From assembly GCA_002269645.1 (NCBI GenBank), contig NIVC01001528.1, forward strand, positions 31,713 through 95,712: DNA of 64,000 bases. Reading direction: 5' to 3'. The notes beneath the pieces were generated by a model that was not told the origin of the DNA, did no database searches, and saw nothing but the letters and a program-made list of their open reading frames with translations. The DNA comes from Macrostomum lignano (taxonomy: Eukaryota). The position numbers and the translations under genes are program-made. Positions 48,191-60,800 of the stretch are shown here, piece after piece. The stretch's first letter is position 1. Every line of letters starts with the position of its first letter.

Positions 48191-48514
48191 ACATCACAAC
48201 CAGTTGAAAACAGTGCCGAACAAATGCACACAAAACTTGATTTAAATTGCGTAACAATATTGCCAACTTAAATTGACACTGATATTGGCTGACTGAGAAA
48301 TTGATTATGTCATAACTTTTTACTCTAACCGATTTGCTATAAGAATTTAATTATAAGGGCCACAATTCACGTATTCCAATTGACAAGAGATAGCATAGAT
48401 GCGAACAGACTGGAATGCTAATGCAGCGACCTGGGTTCGAATCTTAGTAGTGCAAAAAGATTTTTTTATTCAAAAACCTTAAAAACACAAATGCTAAACA
48501 CAAAAAAGCACAAT

Positions 48515-50525
48515 GTCAAACATTAAAGAGCCACCATGTCAAACATTAAAGAGCCACCATGTCGAACATTAAAGAGCCATCATGTCGACCATTAAAGAGC
48601 CACCATGTCGAACATTAAAGAGCCACCATGTCGAACATTAAAGAGCCACCATGTCTAACATTAAAGAGCCACCATGTAAAACATAAAAAAGCCACCATGT
48701 CAAACATAAAAGAGCCACCATGTCAAACATATATGTGAATCCAGGTCAAACAGTAAAGAGCCACCATGTCAAACATAAAAGAGCCACCATGTCGAACATA
48801 AAAGAACCACCATGTCCAACATAAAAGAGCCACCATGTCAAACATTAAAGAGCCTCAATGTCAAACATTAAAGAGCCACCATGTCGAATATTAAAGAGCC
48901 ACCATGTCTAACATTAAAGAGCCACCATGTAAAACATAAAAAAGCCACCATGTCAAACATAAAAGAGCCACCATGTCAAACATATATGTGAATCCAGGTC
49001 AAACAGTAAAGAGCCACCATGTCAAACATAAAAGAGCCACCATGTCGAACATAAAAGAACCACCATGTCCAACATAAAAGAGCCACCATGTCAAACATTA
49101 AAGAGCCTCAATGTCAAACATTAAAGAGCCACCATGTCGAATATTAAAGAGCCACCATGTCTAACATTATAGAGCCACCATGTCGAACATTAAAGAGCCA
49201 CTATGTCTAACATTAAAGAGCCACCATGTCGAATATTAAAGAGCCACCATGTCTAACATTAAAGAGCCACCATGTCGAACATTAAAGAGCCACTATGTCT
49301 AACATTAAAGAGCCACCATGTCAAACATAAAAGAGCCACCATGTCAAACATAAAAGAGCCACCATGTCAAACATAAAAGAGCCACCATGTCAAACATATA
49401 TGTGACTCCATGTCAATCAGTAAAGAGCCACCATGTCAAGCATAAAAGAGCCACCATGTCGAACATAAAAGAGCCACCATGTCAAACATATATGTGAATC
49501 CAGGTCAAACAGTAAGGAGCCACCATGTCAAACATAAAAGAGCCACCATGTCGAACATAAAAGAACCACCATGTCCAACATAAAAGAGCCACCATGTCAA
49601 ACATTAAAGAGCCTCAATGTCAAACATTAAAGAGCCACCATGTCGAATATTAAAGAGCCACCATGTCTAACATTATAGAGCCACCATGTCGAACATTAAA
49701 GAGCCACTATGTCTAACATTATAGAGCCACCATGTCGAATATTAAAGAGCCACCATGTCTAACATTAAAGAGCCACCATGTCGAATATTAAAGAGCCACC
49801 ATGTCTAACATTAAAGAGCCACCATGTCTAACATTAAAAAGCCACCATGTCGAACATTAAAGAGCCACCATGTCGAACATAAAAGAGCCACCACGTCAAA
49901 CATTTAAGAGCCACCATGTCTAACATTAAAGTGCTACCATGTCGAAAATTAAAAAGCCATCATGTCTAACATAATAGAGCTACCATGAAGAACATTAAAG
50001 AGCCACCTCGTAAAACATTAAAGAGCCACCTTGTCAAACATAAAAGAGCCACCATGTCAAACATATATGTGACTCCATGTCAAACAGTAAAGAGCCACCA
50101 TGTCAAGCATAGAAGAGCCACCATGTCGAACATAAAAGAGCCATCATGTCAAACATTAAAGAGCCACCATGTCAAGCATAAAAGAGCCACCATGTAGAAC
50201 ATAAAAGAACCACCATGTCCAACATAAAAGAGCCACCATGTCAAATATTAAAGAGCCGCAATGTCAAACATTAAAGAGCCATCATGTCTAACATTAAACA
50301 GCCACCATGTCGAACATTAAAGAGCCACCATGTCGAACATTAAAGAGCCACCGTGTCTAACATTAAAGAGCCACCATGTCTAACATTATAGAGCCACCAT
50401 GTCGAACATTAAAGAGCCACCATGTCTAACATTAAAGAGCCACCATGTCGAACATTAAAGAGCCACCATGTCGAACATAAAAGAGCCACCATGTCAAACA
50501 TTTAGGAGCCACCATGTCAAACATA
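48515..50525. repeat. 23-bp satellite (AAACATTAAAGAGCCACCATGTC), mirrored at about 62030-64000
   Basis: About 85 diverged units with higher-order duplications (variant unit ATATATGTGAATCCAGG at about 48730, 48985 and 49488). Confidence 0.95.
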
Positions 50526-52114
50526 AAATTTACACAATTTCAAACGTAAAAGTAAGCGTCATGCCAATGTTAAAGGAGCCACTATAGAGCTAAGGAAATT
50601 GTAGCACTAGCTACCGGGTACTTATTGTATGGTGGATGCTTACTATTTGGGGATGCTTGCTATCTGGGGGATGCTTGCTATCTGGGGGATGCTTGCAATC
50701 TGGGGGATGCTTGCTATTTGGGGGATGCTTGCTGTCTTGGGATGATTTCTTTTTGCATTACACTTTATTTGAGCAGTTTGTCTGTCGTCTTTGTGAAGGC
50801 TTTTTTGGCTATCTTTTTGTTACTTGTAGAGAACAGAGATTCTATCCAGATGTCCCCCAACGGGGGCGAAGATTGCTAGTTATATACTTATATTGCATTT
50901 AGCCTAGGCATATCTACTCTAGTCTGCCTATCCTCTACCTATGTCTGTTCTCTCAATCATTATATTTTTACTTTTTCCCTCTCTTAATTCCTTTATATCA
51001 TGCTTCTCAATTATCTCCCATCTTTGCCCTCCCCAATTCCCTCCTATCCTGCCTATCCCCCAATTCCCTCCTATCCTGCCCACCCCCCCAATTCCCTCCT
51101 ATCCTGCCCACCCCCAATTCCCTCCTATCTTGCCCACCCCCCAATTCCCTCCTATCCTGCCCACCCCCCAATTCCTTCCTATCCTGCCCATCCCCCAATT
51201 TCCGCCATCCTGCCCTTCAATCTTTTCACCCTTGGGTTTTAAGCTATAAACCCAAGGCAATTCAAAATCTAGAAATGGATTTCAAATTGGAAAATTGAAT
51301 TCAGCATTTCAAGCACCTTTCAAAAAGGCGAAACTATAGAGCTAGAAAATATGGAACTATTTAACTACCTTAAGTTCAATAAGTTATAGTTGGATATTGC
51401 CAACTCTTTTCCAGGTGCCTCTATCTAGCTAATGCTAACAAAAATGTTGCAAGGTGTACTTTAATATTATATTTGTTCTAGTAAGCAGTTTTTCTGTGTC
51501 TCCCATTCTACCCCACCTTTCCCTCCCGTTCTACCCTTCCATTCCTTCCCATTCTACCCCTCCATTCCCTCCCATTCTACCCCCACCATTCCCTCCCATT
51601 CTACCCTTCCATTCCCTCACATTCTACCCCCTCCATTCCCTCCCATTCTACCCTTCCATTCCTTCCCATTCTACCCTCTATGCCTTCCATATACCCTCAA
51701 TACTCTCCCTATACCCTCCATACCCTTCTATACCCATTCTTACCCTCCATATACCCTCCATACCATCCCTATACCCTCCATACCATTCCTATACCCTCAA
51801 TACCATCCCTATACCCTCCATACCATCCCTATACTCTCCTTATAACCTCTCCATACCCTCCATACCCTCCATACTTTTTCTATACCCACCCATGGACTCC
51901 CTGTACCCTCTATGCCCTCCCTATACTCTCCATACCCTCCTGCTTTTCCTATCCTTCCCGCGTTATACTTTTCCCTATCCAGCCTCTACTATTCCCTCTT
52001 TCCACCTCCAGCGCCTCCCCCTCTCTAGCCCCTACCCTCTCTTCCTTTACTTTCCAGCCCCCATCCTCTACTCCCCTCCAGCGCCCACCCTCTTCTCCCA
52101 TCAGCCCCTACCCT

Positions 52115-53020
52115 CTCCTCCACTCCAGCGCCCTCCCTCTCCTCCACTCCAGCGCCCTCCCTCTCCTCCACTCCAGGGCCCTCTCTCTCCACTCCAGCGC
52201 CCTCCCTCTCCTCCACTCCAGCGCCCTCCCTCTCCTCCACTCCAGCGCCCTCCCTCTCCTCCACTCCAGCGCCCTCCCTCTCCTCCACTCCAGCGCCCTC
52301 CCTCTCCTCCACTCCAGCGCCCTCCCTCTCCTCCACTCCAGCGCCCTCCCTCTCCTCCACTCCAGCGCCCTCCCTCTCCTCCACTCCAGGGCCCTCTCTC
52401 TCCTCCACTCCAGCGCCCTCCCTCTCCTCCACTCCAGCGCCCTCCCTCTCCTCCACTCCAGCGCCCTCCCTCTCCTCCACTCCAGCGCCCTCCCTCTCTT
52501 CCACTCCAGCGCCCTCCCTCTCCTCCACTCCAGCGCCCTCCCTCTCCTCCACTCCAGCGCCCTCCCTCTCCTCCACTCCAGCGCCCTCCCTCTCCTCCAC
52601 TCCAGCGCCCTCCCTCTCCTCCACTCCAGCGCCCTCCCTCTCCTCCACTCCAGCGCCCTCCCTCTCCTCCACTCCAGCGCCCTCCCTCTCCTCCACTCCA
52701 GCGCCCTCCCTCTCCTCCACTCCAGCGCCCTCCCTCTCCTCCACTCCAGCGCCCTCCCTCTCCTCCACTCCAGCGCCCTCCCTCTCCTCCACTCCAGCGC
52801 CCTCCCTCTCCTCCACTCCAGCGCCCTCCCTCTCCTCCACTCCAGCGCCCTCCCTCTCCTCCACTCCAGCGCCCTCCCTCTCCTCCACTCCAGCGCCCTC
52901 CCTCTCCTCCACTCCAGCGCCCTCCCTCTCCTCCACTCCAGCGCCCTCCCTCTCCTCCACTCCAGCGCCCTCCCTCTCCTCCACTCCAGCGCCCTCCCTC
53001 TCCTCCACTCCAGCGCCCAC
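52115..53020. repeat. 24-bp satellite (CTCCACTCCAGCGCCCTCCCTCTC), about 38 copies, mirrored at about 59540-60445
   Basis: Nearly homogeneous array with extreme C/G strand skew. Confidence 0.95.
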
Positions 53021-54519
53021 CCTCTACTCTCCTTGGTTATCCCTTCGTTACGCTCTTCCCTCCTCTCTGTTTTACTTACTGTGTCATGCATAACCCGTCT
53101 GCTACAGTGTTCTTAAATAGCCTTTTATACCCTCCTCTTTCCCTAGCCCCTCCTCCCCCGGCGGCTCCCCTTCTCGTAGCTCTGCTAATAAAATCGTAAT
53201 TCTTCTTCTCTTCAGAATAATTTGCCCAGCTGCGAACTGTGATGGTGCATACCGGGTACTCGCAATTTAAAAAGCGTATGCTTCTTACTGATTTACTGAT
53301 TTAATTCCGACGCAACCAAGCAAATCGTTTACTTTCAAGTCCGTGCATTTTCGTTCGGCGTTAATGCCGTGTGGCGTTGGTGTAATACTATCGCGAAATT
53401 CAATTTCCAATGTCATTATCTAACTATTGTCGCTTTTCTGTATTACAACTATATACAATACTTCTGCATTTATTGACGTAACATTGTGCCAATAATGTCA
53501 CATTGTGTGGCCTCAATATGAATCTGTTGCTGAATGCAACTTATAGCCCATTGACCAGTTTAATCGCTTGAAATACATTGTAATGTAATACTGTATCGCT
53601 TTTGGCAATCGAAACGAGACTTTAGCCAGACTCCTCACTGATCCAAATGCTCCTCAAGCAAAGGTACGAGTATATGGAAAGCAGACTGAGCTCCGCAGAC
53701 TTAGTATATTTGATCTTCGGATCGCGGATAGAACCAAGGAAATCTTGGTACGTAAATAAAATTGGAGTCACTTTTCCTACTTCCACTTTCCCTGCTCTTT
53801 CCCTGACCACAGTCTGTGCCCCAGGCTCAAGTTAGACCAACGCAAAATACTAACCTGAATAGGAAGCAAGCAACTCACTTCCCACTCTAGTCTTTTTCTG
53901 CCACTGTTGTCTTGCAATACTCGCAAAGATCTCGTATGGCGTCCTATTTGAATTGGCGCGTCTCGTTAACGTAGTCGAAAGCAATACTGGTGCCAATTAT
54001 TTGTGTCGATCAAGTTTCCTAGAGAATGATTTGTTGATAACTGTATATTCGCTGTCTTAGAGCTGCACGCTGTGTTTAACCATTACTTTGTCGTAGAGGA
54101 GCTGATGAAGGGAGGCGTTGGGGCGGACCTTTTGGAGGGGCGGAGCTGATGGGGGGCGGTAGCGGCGGAGCTTTTGGAGGGGCGGAGCTGATGGGGGCGG
54201 TAGCGGCGGAGCTTTTGGAGGGGCGGAGCTGATGGGGGCGTTAGGAGCGGAGCTGATGGGGGGCGGTAGGGGCGGAGCTGATGGAGGTGGATCGAAGGGG
54301 CGGAGTTGATGGAGGATGGTTTTTCTATTTATTCGACCGATTGAAGTATACACAACGTGTACGTGTATTCGAGCTACGCTGGTAGTGTAGTTGTTTGTCT
54401 AGTATAGTTTATACATGTGTATACTGTAATGTACATGTAGTCTCACAATCTCATCAAAAGCTAGACATTTTATTTCTTTGGTTAGTAATCGTGGGGATAT
54501 TAGATCCACATGCAGCTAT

Positions 54520-55633
54520 CGTCATTCGGTGAAGTTATGAACCCAGTCCAGCTCGACCCAGTTGCACAGATTCTCAATTGGATTGCCAGTCCATGGTGCG
54601 GATGTTGTTCTCAGCAAGCTTCGGATCGTTGTCCTGCTGAAACTGGCAGCGCATCTACAGCCTCTGTCCATGATGCCCTCAATGCGAGTTATTGGCCCAG
54701 GTCCAGCTCTGGAGAATGCAGCCCACACCATGACATTGCCATCTACATGCTTCATGGAACCAACGGGGCACCTGGAATCGAATTCCTCACCAGCTCGGTG
54801 GCGCACATACCGGCGACCATCAGAACCAGTGCGGGAAAATTTGCTCTCATCACTCCAGATGACCTTGGCCCCAGTCCTGGGGTGTAGAGCTTGCATGTTG
54901 CTTCGCCCAGTTCAAGCGCCGCTTCCGGTTTTTGTCGGAGATGAATGGCTTCTTCCTAGCAATGCGGCCATGCAGTCCGGCAGCTACCAGACGGCGGCGG
55001 ACAGTCATGGGGTGCAGCTGGACACCAAAAGTTTACGGCTGATGTCCACAGCGGTTAGCCGACGGTTGGACTCGGGCATTCGCACAATTCGTCGATCCAG
55101 TCGGTGGTCAGTTTTCGGTGCCCTGCCAGGTCTTGAGCCACAGTCTGTTTTGCCAGTGCTGCTGTGGCGCCTGAGTGCTTGCTGGACGCACGTTTTCTGC
55201 GTACGTGACTTTGGCACGCTGGGAAACTCCTTGGTCGAACAGGGCCCTGATTTTCCTACACGATTCAGGCGATAGAGCTTTGCCTTTCCCATTCTAGGAG
55301 AGTTCGAGATCATTTTTGCTTGGAGTTGTATTGAACTTGATGTTTTGGACTTTGGAATCAGCAGGGGCCCCACTGTTGTAGCACCTACCTTTTAGCCCAA
55401 TTAATTAAGTGGTCTTATTACTGTGTGACTTATCATATTCGATTGTGAGATAAGGACTTCAATTAAACAGACTCAATTGTGAGTAATTACACAACACATA
55501 ACTATAATTTTACTGATTGATACCACGGTTATCTATAACTGATTAGATTAAATGCTTCCGCAATCTGTGAAGGTTATGAAACTATAAAAGTTCGAATTTG
55601 TGTTAGGTGGTCTTAATTCATTGTGCGCCACTT
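54520..55633 (-). pseudogene. Tc1-like DDE transposase relic with one terminal repeat
   Basis: ATG at 55292 (MGKAK..). Fragments RTVRRRLVAAGLHGRIARKKPFIS, VIWSDESKF..VMVWAAFS and NPIENL. 5' TIR-like AAGTGGCGCACAATGAATTAAGACCAC next to TA at 55634-55635. Frameshifted; no second TIR found. Confidence 0.85.
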
Positions 55634-55876
55634 TATGTATAATGTTGCTGAGTACTTTCAAGGCTCAATCCAATTACATGTACCATGTCGGAGAGGCCGT
55701 CTAAATATGGCTAAAATTACACACTAAAAATAAAGCCTGAGAATTTGCATTTACATTGAGATAAGTAGTAGACCTTGGAACTGGTTAACAGGCCTCAAAA
55801 CGAGGCAAGTGTTTTAAATTGAAACTAAACTGATTGATGGGTTTCGACCTTCGGGCTCCTTGTTAGGGAAGCCTTC

Positions 55877-57227
55877 GGGCCTCAGGCTCAGAAATAAATC
55901 AATTAGAGACCTGGCCCCCCACTCCTGTCAGATGGTCAGCCCCATGGTAGCTTGATCGTGTGGCGAGCAGTCTAGGTCCTATAGCTAAGAGAGGGACAGC
56001 GAGAGACGAGCAGGGAGAATTTTGAAAGTAGAAATTAGCTAATCCGCAGATCAACTAACTTGCTGCCACCAGCCCGTGCGCCCTGGCTCACCACACCGGG
56101 ACTCTCGAAATCGGGCTTCCGACTAGAAGGGGCTTTGCACTTACCTGCCAACTAGTGTCTTTTTGCTGTCAATCTCGAAGTCATAGCCGATGATAAGGGA
56201 CACTGCTGGGACTAGATCGCGTTGGCCATGCAGGTACAGAGGGGACTTGTGCAGGGGATTCTTGCGGTGGCGAGTCTATGGGGTAGCTACATGTACTATT
56301 ACATTGCTAAATACGAAGATATGTACTTTTAGCCTTCAACGCGCCAACTAGCCTCTCATAGCGCTGATGATAGGCTAACTCGAACCTCAGAGACCGCATG
56401 ATTCATTTACCCGAGCCGCTTGGCTACCCTAGAGTGCACAAAGTACATCTCTGGCGCCGATTCTGCACTTTTGGCAGTTTTGCTCACTGATTTGTTAGAT
56501 TGGTCGACTGAGAACTGCCTTGCCATTGGTCCACTGTGACCGGCGCCTACTAGCTTAGCTACTCATCTGAGCCATCGGCGAACAAAGAAATAAAGCCGAC
56601 AAAGATAACTGTTAGATTTAACCTTCTCCTTAATTCACTTCACACTTTAGATTGAATTGGAGTCTTAGACTACTGCTGGCAGTATTATTACTAGTATGGC
56701 CAGACATTATATCTAGTATAGATTCTATGACAATTTGCAGAAAAAGATAAAAATGCCCTTGCCCACTGTTAGTAGGCTAGTAAGTTTCGAGCCCATGTGC
56801 TAGCGCGGGATTTGGGAAAAGTGCGTCCTCATCATGATACTGAAATTGAGCATGAAAAAGCTCATTGAGCATCATTTTCTCTATAATGCAGCTGCTATCT
56901 CACGGGAGCTGCAAACACAGCTTTTAAATTGGGCTGAGTAGCTGATTGGGCCGCCTTGTTTCCACGGCGCCTCCGGTGTGCAGGGAATACAGGTAGCTGC
57001 ATGGTTTGGTGAGCCGGGGCGCACGGACTGGTGGCAGCGGGTTAGTTAATCCGCGGGTTAGCTAATCTCTACCTTTCAAATTCTCCCTGCTTGTCTCTCG
57101 ACTCGCTGTCTTCCCTTAGCTATAGGACCTTGCTGCTCGCCACACAATCCAGCTACCACGGGGCTGACCATCTGACAGGAGTGAGAAGCCAGAGTTCTAA
57201 GTGATTCATTTCTGAGTTCTGAGGCCC
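55877..57227. mobile_element. Non-autonomous element of about 1.35 kb with diverged terminal inverted repeats of about 215 bp
   Basis: 55877-56093 is an inverted, diverged copy of 57008-57227 (for example CTCCTGTCAGATGGTCAGCCCC / GGGGCTGACCATCTGACAGGAG). No TSD and no ORF recognised. Confidence 0.7.
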
Positions 57228-57885
57228 AGAGCTACAGGCTTAAAAAGGCCGAACCCATCAGAATGTTGCGGAGCTGCGTCATGCCATTGAAAACGCTTGG
57301 CAGCAGCTTCCCCAGGACTTTCTGCGCCGCCTCATCTTGGGGATGCCCGCAGAGTCGCCGCACTTCAGCGTGCGAGGGATCGTTCTTAAGCATTTGTGAT
57401 TCTAACTGCATATTGCAAAAAATAATTGTGTTGATTTTGCTCGACTGACGTTATTATTGATTCACTCGCGGCGACTTATTTGCGAAACTCGAGGGTTGAA
57501 TTGTGAGTGAGAAGTCCTCCCTCCCACAAGTCCACCTCTACCGGCCTCCCCCTCCATAAGCTCCGTCCCTATAAGCTTCGACTGTCTCTGCACTGTCTCT
57601 CAATCTTGCGAGTGACGCAACTTATAGCTATACGCCACAAGACGACCTGGGTTGAGGAATGAAGTGGGGAAGGGGATCGCGGTGTGCGAGAGTTGGACGG
57701 ATTAAAGCTACGCCTCAGTTTTCTCGTATTTTTATTTCAGAATAGTCCAAGCTAGAAGCTAGCTCACTGGCGCATAGAGTGGCGGCTTTTTTCAATGTTG
57801 CTTTGTCAGTGGGGATTCTCAACTTGACTGACAAGATACGAGTATTTTGTATGACTGGGTTCAAAACTTGACTGAATGACGATAT

Positions 57886-60800
57886 ACGTTGTGTATACTT
57901 CAATCGGTCGAATAAATAGAAAAACCATCCTCCATCAACTCCGCCCCTTCGACCCCTCCATCAGCTCCGCCCCTCCAAAAGCTCCGCCGCTACCGCCCCA
58001 TCAGCTCCGCCCCTACCGCCCCCCATCAGCTCCGCCCCTACCGCCCCCATCAGCTCCGCTCCTACCGCCCCCATCAGCTCCGCCCCTCCAAAAGCTCCGC
58101 CGCTACCGCCCCATCAGCTCCGCCCTACCGCCCCCATCAGCTCCGCCCCTACCGCCCCCATCAGCTCCGCTCCTACCGCCCCCATCAGCTCCGCCCTCCA
58201 AAAGCTCCGCCGCTACCGCCCCCATCAGCTCCGCCCCTACCGCCCCATCAGCTCCGCTCCTACCGCCCCATCAGCTCCGCCCCTCCAAAAGCTCCGCCGC
58301 TACCGCCCCCCATCAGCTCCGCTCCTACCGCCCCATCATCCGCCCCCTCCAAAAGCTCCGCCGCTACCCCCCATCAGCTCCGCCCCTCCAAAAGCTCCGC
58401 CGCTACCGCCCCCCATCAGCTCCGCCCCTCCAAAAGGTCCGCCCCAACGCCTCCCTTCATCAGTCCTCTACGACAAGTAATGGTTAAACACAGCGTGCAG
58501 CTCTAAGACAGCGAATATACAGTTATCAACAATCATTCTCTAGGAAACTTGATCGACACAAATAATTGGCACCAGTATTGCTTTCGACTACGTTAACGAG
58601 ACGCGCCAATTCAAATAGGACGCCATACGAGATCTTTGCGAGTATTGCAAGACAACAGTGGCAGAAAAAGACTAGAGTGGGAAGTGAGTTGCTTGCTTCC
58701 TATTCAGGTTAGTATTTTGCGTTGGTCTAACTTGAGCCTGGGGCACAGACTGTGGTCAGGGAAAGAGCAGGGAAAGTGGAAGTAGGAAAAGTGACTCCAA
58801 TTTTATTTACGTACCAAGATTTCCTTGGTTCTATCCGCGATCCGAAGATCAAATATACTAAGTCTGCGGAGCTCAGTCTGCTTTCTTTTTACTCGTACCT
58901 TTGCTTGAGGAGCATTTGGATCAGTGAGGAGTCTGGCTAAAGTCTCGTTTCGATTGCCAAAAGCGATACAGTATTACATTACAATGTATTTCAAGCGATT
59001 AAACTGGTCAATGGGCTATAAGTTGCATTCAGCAACAGATTCATATTGAGGCCACACAATGTGACATTATTGCACAATGTTACGTCAATAAATGCAGAAG
59101 TATTGTATATAGTTGTAATACAGAAAAGCGACAATAGTTAGATAATGACATTGGAAATTGAATTTCGCGATAGTATTACACCAACGCCACACGGCATTAA
59201 CGCCGAACGAAAATGCACGGACTTGAAAGTAAACGATTTGCTTGGTTGCGTCGGAATTAAATCAGTAAATCAGTAAGAAGCATACGCTTTTTAAATTGCG
59301 AGTACCCGGTATGCACCATCACAGTTCGCAGCTGGGCAAATTATTCTGAAGAGAAGAAGAATTACGATTTTATTAGCAGAGCTACGAGAAGGGGAGCCGC
59401 CGGGGGAGGAGGGGCTAGGGAAAGAGGAGGGTATAAAAGGCTATTTAAGAACACTGTAGCAGACGGGTTATGCATGACACAGTAAGTAAAACAGAGAGGA
59501 GGGAAGAGCGTAACGAAGGGATAACCAAGGAGAGTAGAGGGTGGGCGCTGGAGTGGAGGAGAGGGAGGGCGCTGGAGTGGAGGAGAGGGAGGGCGCTGGA
59601 GTGGAGGAGAGGGAGGGCGCTGGAGTGGAGGAGAGGGAGGGCGCTGGAGTGGAGGAGAGGGAGGGCGCTGGAGTGGAGGAGAGGGAGGGCGCTGGAGTGG
59701 AGGAGAGGGAGGGCGCTGGAGTGGAGGAGAGGGAGGGCGCTGGAGTGGAGGAGAGGGAGGGCGCTGGAGTGGAGGAGAGGGAGGGCGCTGGAGTGGAGGA
59801 GAGGGAGGGCGCTGGAGTGGAGGAGAGGGAGGGCGCTGGAGTGGAGGAGAGGGAGGGCGCTGGAGTGGAGGAGAGGGAGGGCGCTGGAGTGGAGGAGAGG
59901 AGGGCGCTGGAGTGGAGGAGAGGGAGGGCGCTGGAGTGGAGGAGAGGGAGGGCGCTGGAGTGGAGGAGAGGGAGGGCGCTGGAGTGGAGGAGAGGGAGGG
60001 CGCTGGAGTGGAGGAGAGGGAGGCGCTGGAGTGGAGGAGAGGGAGGGCGCTGGAGTGGAAGAGAGGGAGGGCGCTGGAGTGGAGGAGAGGGAGGGCGCTG
60101 GAGTGGAGGAGAGGGAGGGCGCTGGAGTGGAGGAGAGGGAGGGCGCTGGAGTGGAGGAGAGAGAGGGCCCTGGAGTGGAGGAGAGGGAGGGCGCTGGAGT
60201 GGAGGAGAGGGAGGGCGCTGGAGTGGAGGAGAGGGAGGGCGCTGGAGTGGAGGAGAGGGAGGGCGCTGGAGTGGAGGAGAGGGAGGGCGCTGGAGTGGAG
60301 GAGAGGGAGGGCGCTGGAGTGGAGGAGAGGGAGGGCGCTGGAGTGGAGGAGAGGGAGGGCGCTGGAGTGGAGAGAGAGGGCCCTGGAGTGGAGGAGAGGG
60401 AGGGCGCTGGAGTGGAGGAGAGGGAGGGCGCTGGAGTGGAGGAGAGGGTAGGGGCTGATGGGAGAAGAGGGTGGGCGCTGGAGGGGAGTAGAGGATGGGG
60501 GCTGGAAAGTAAAGGAAGAGAGGGTAGGGGCTAGAGAGGGGGAGGCGCTGGAGGTGGAAAGAGGGAATAGTAGAGGCTGGATAGGGAAAAGTATAACGCG
60601 GGAAGGATAGGAAAAGCAGGAGGGTATGGAGAGTATAGGGAGGGCATAGAGGGTACAGGGAGTCCATGGGTGGGTATAGAAAAAGTATGGAGGGTATGGA
60701 GGGTATGGAGAGGTTATAAGGAGAGTATAGGGATGGTATGGAGGGTATAGGGATGGTATTGAGGGTATAGGAATGGTATGGAGGGTATAGGGATGGTATG

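Larger units (their letters stand above)
48515..54358 (+). repeat. Left arm of giant inverted repeat
   Basis: Reverse complement of 57886-64000. Inner junction ..TTGAAGTATACACAACGT at 54358. Confidence 0.95.

Noticed and set aside
51454-53199. Long Pro-rich and Glu-rich ORFs (581, 478, 331 and 327 aa) and their mirrors at 59362-61105
   Set aside because: They are translations of stop-free 24-bp and C-rich satellites, open in several frames on both strands, with no domain content.
54358-57886. Simple missing-adapter fold-back read as the cause of the giant inverted repeat
   Set aside because: A 3.5-kb unique spacer and unequal VNTR lengths do not fit a single-molecule fold-back. Other misassembly modes are not excluded.
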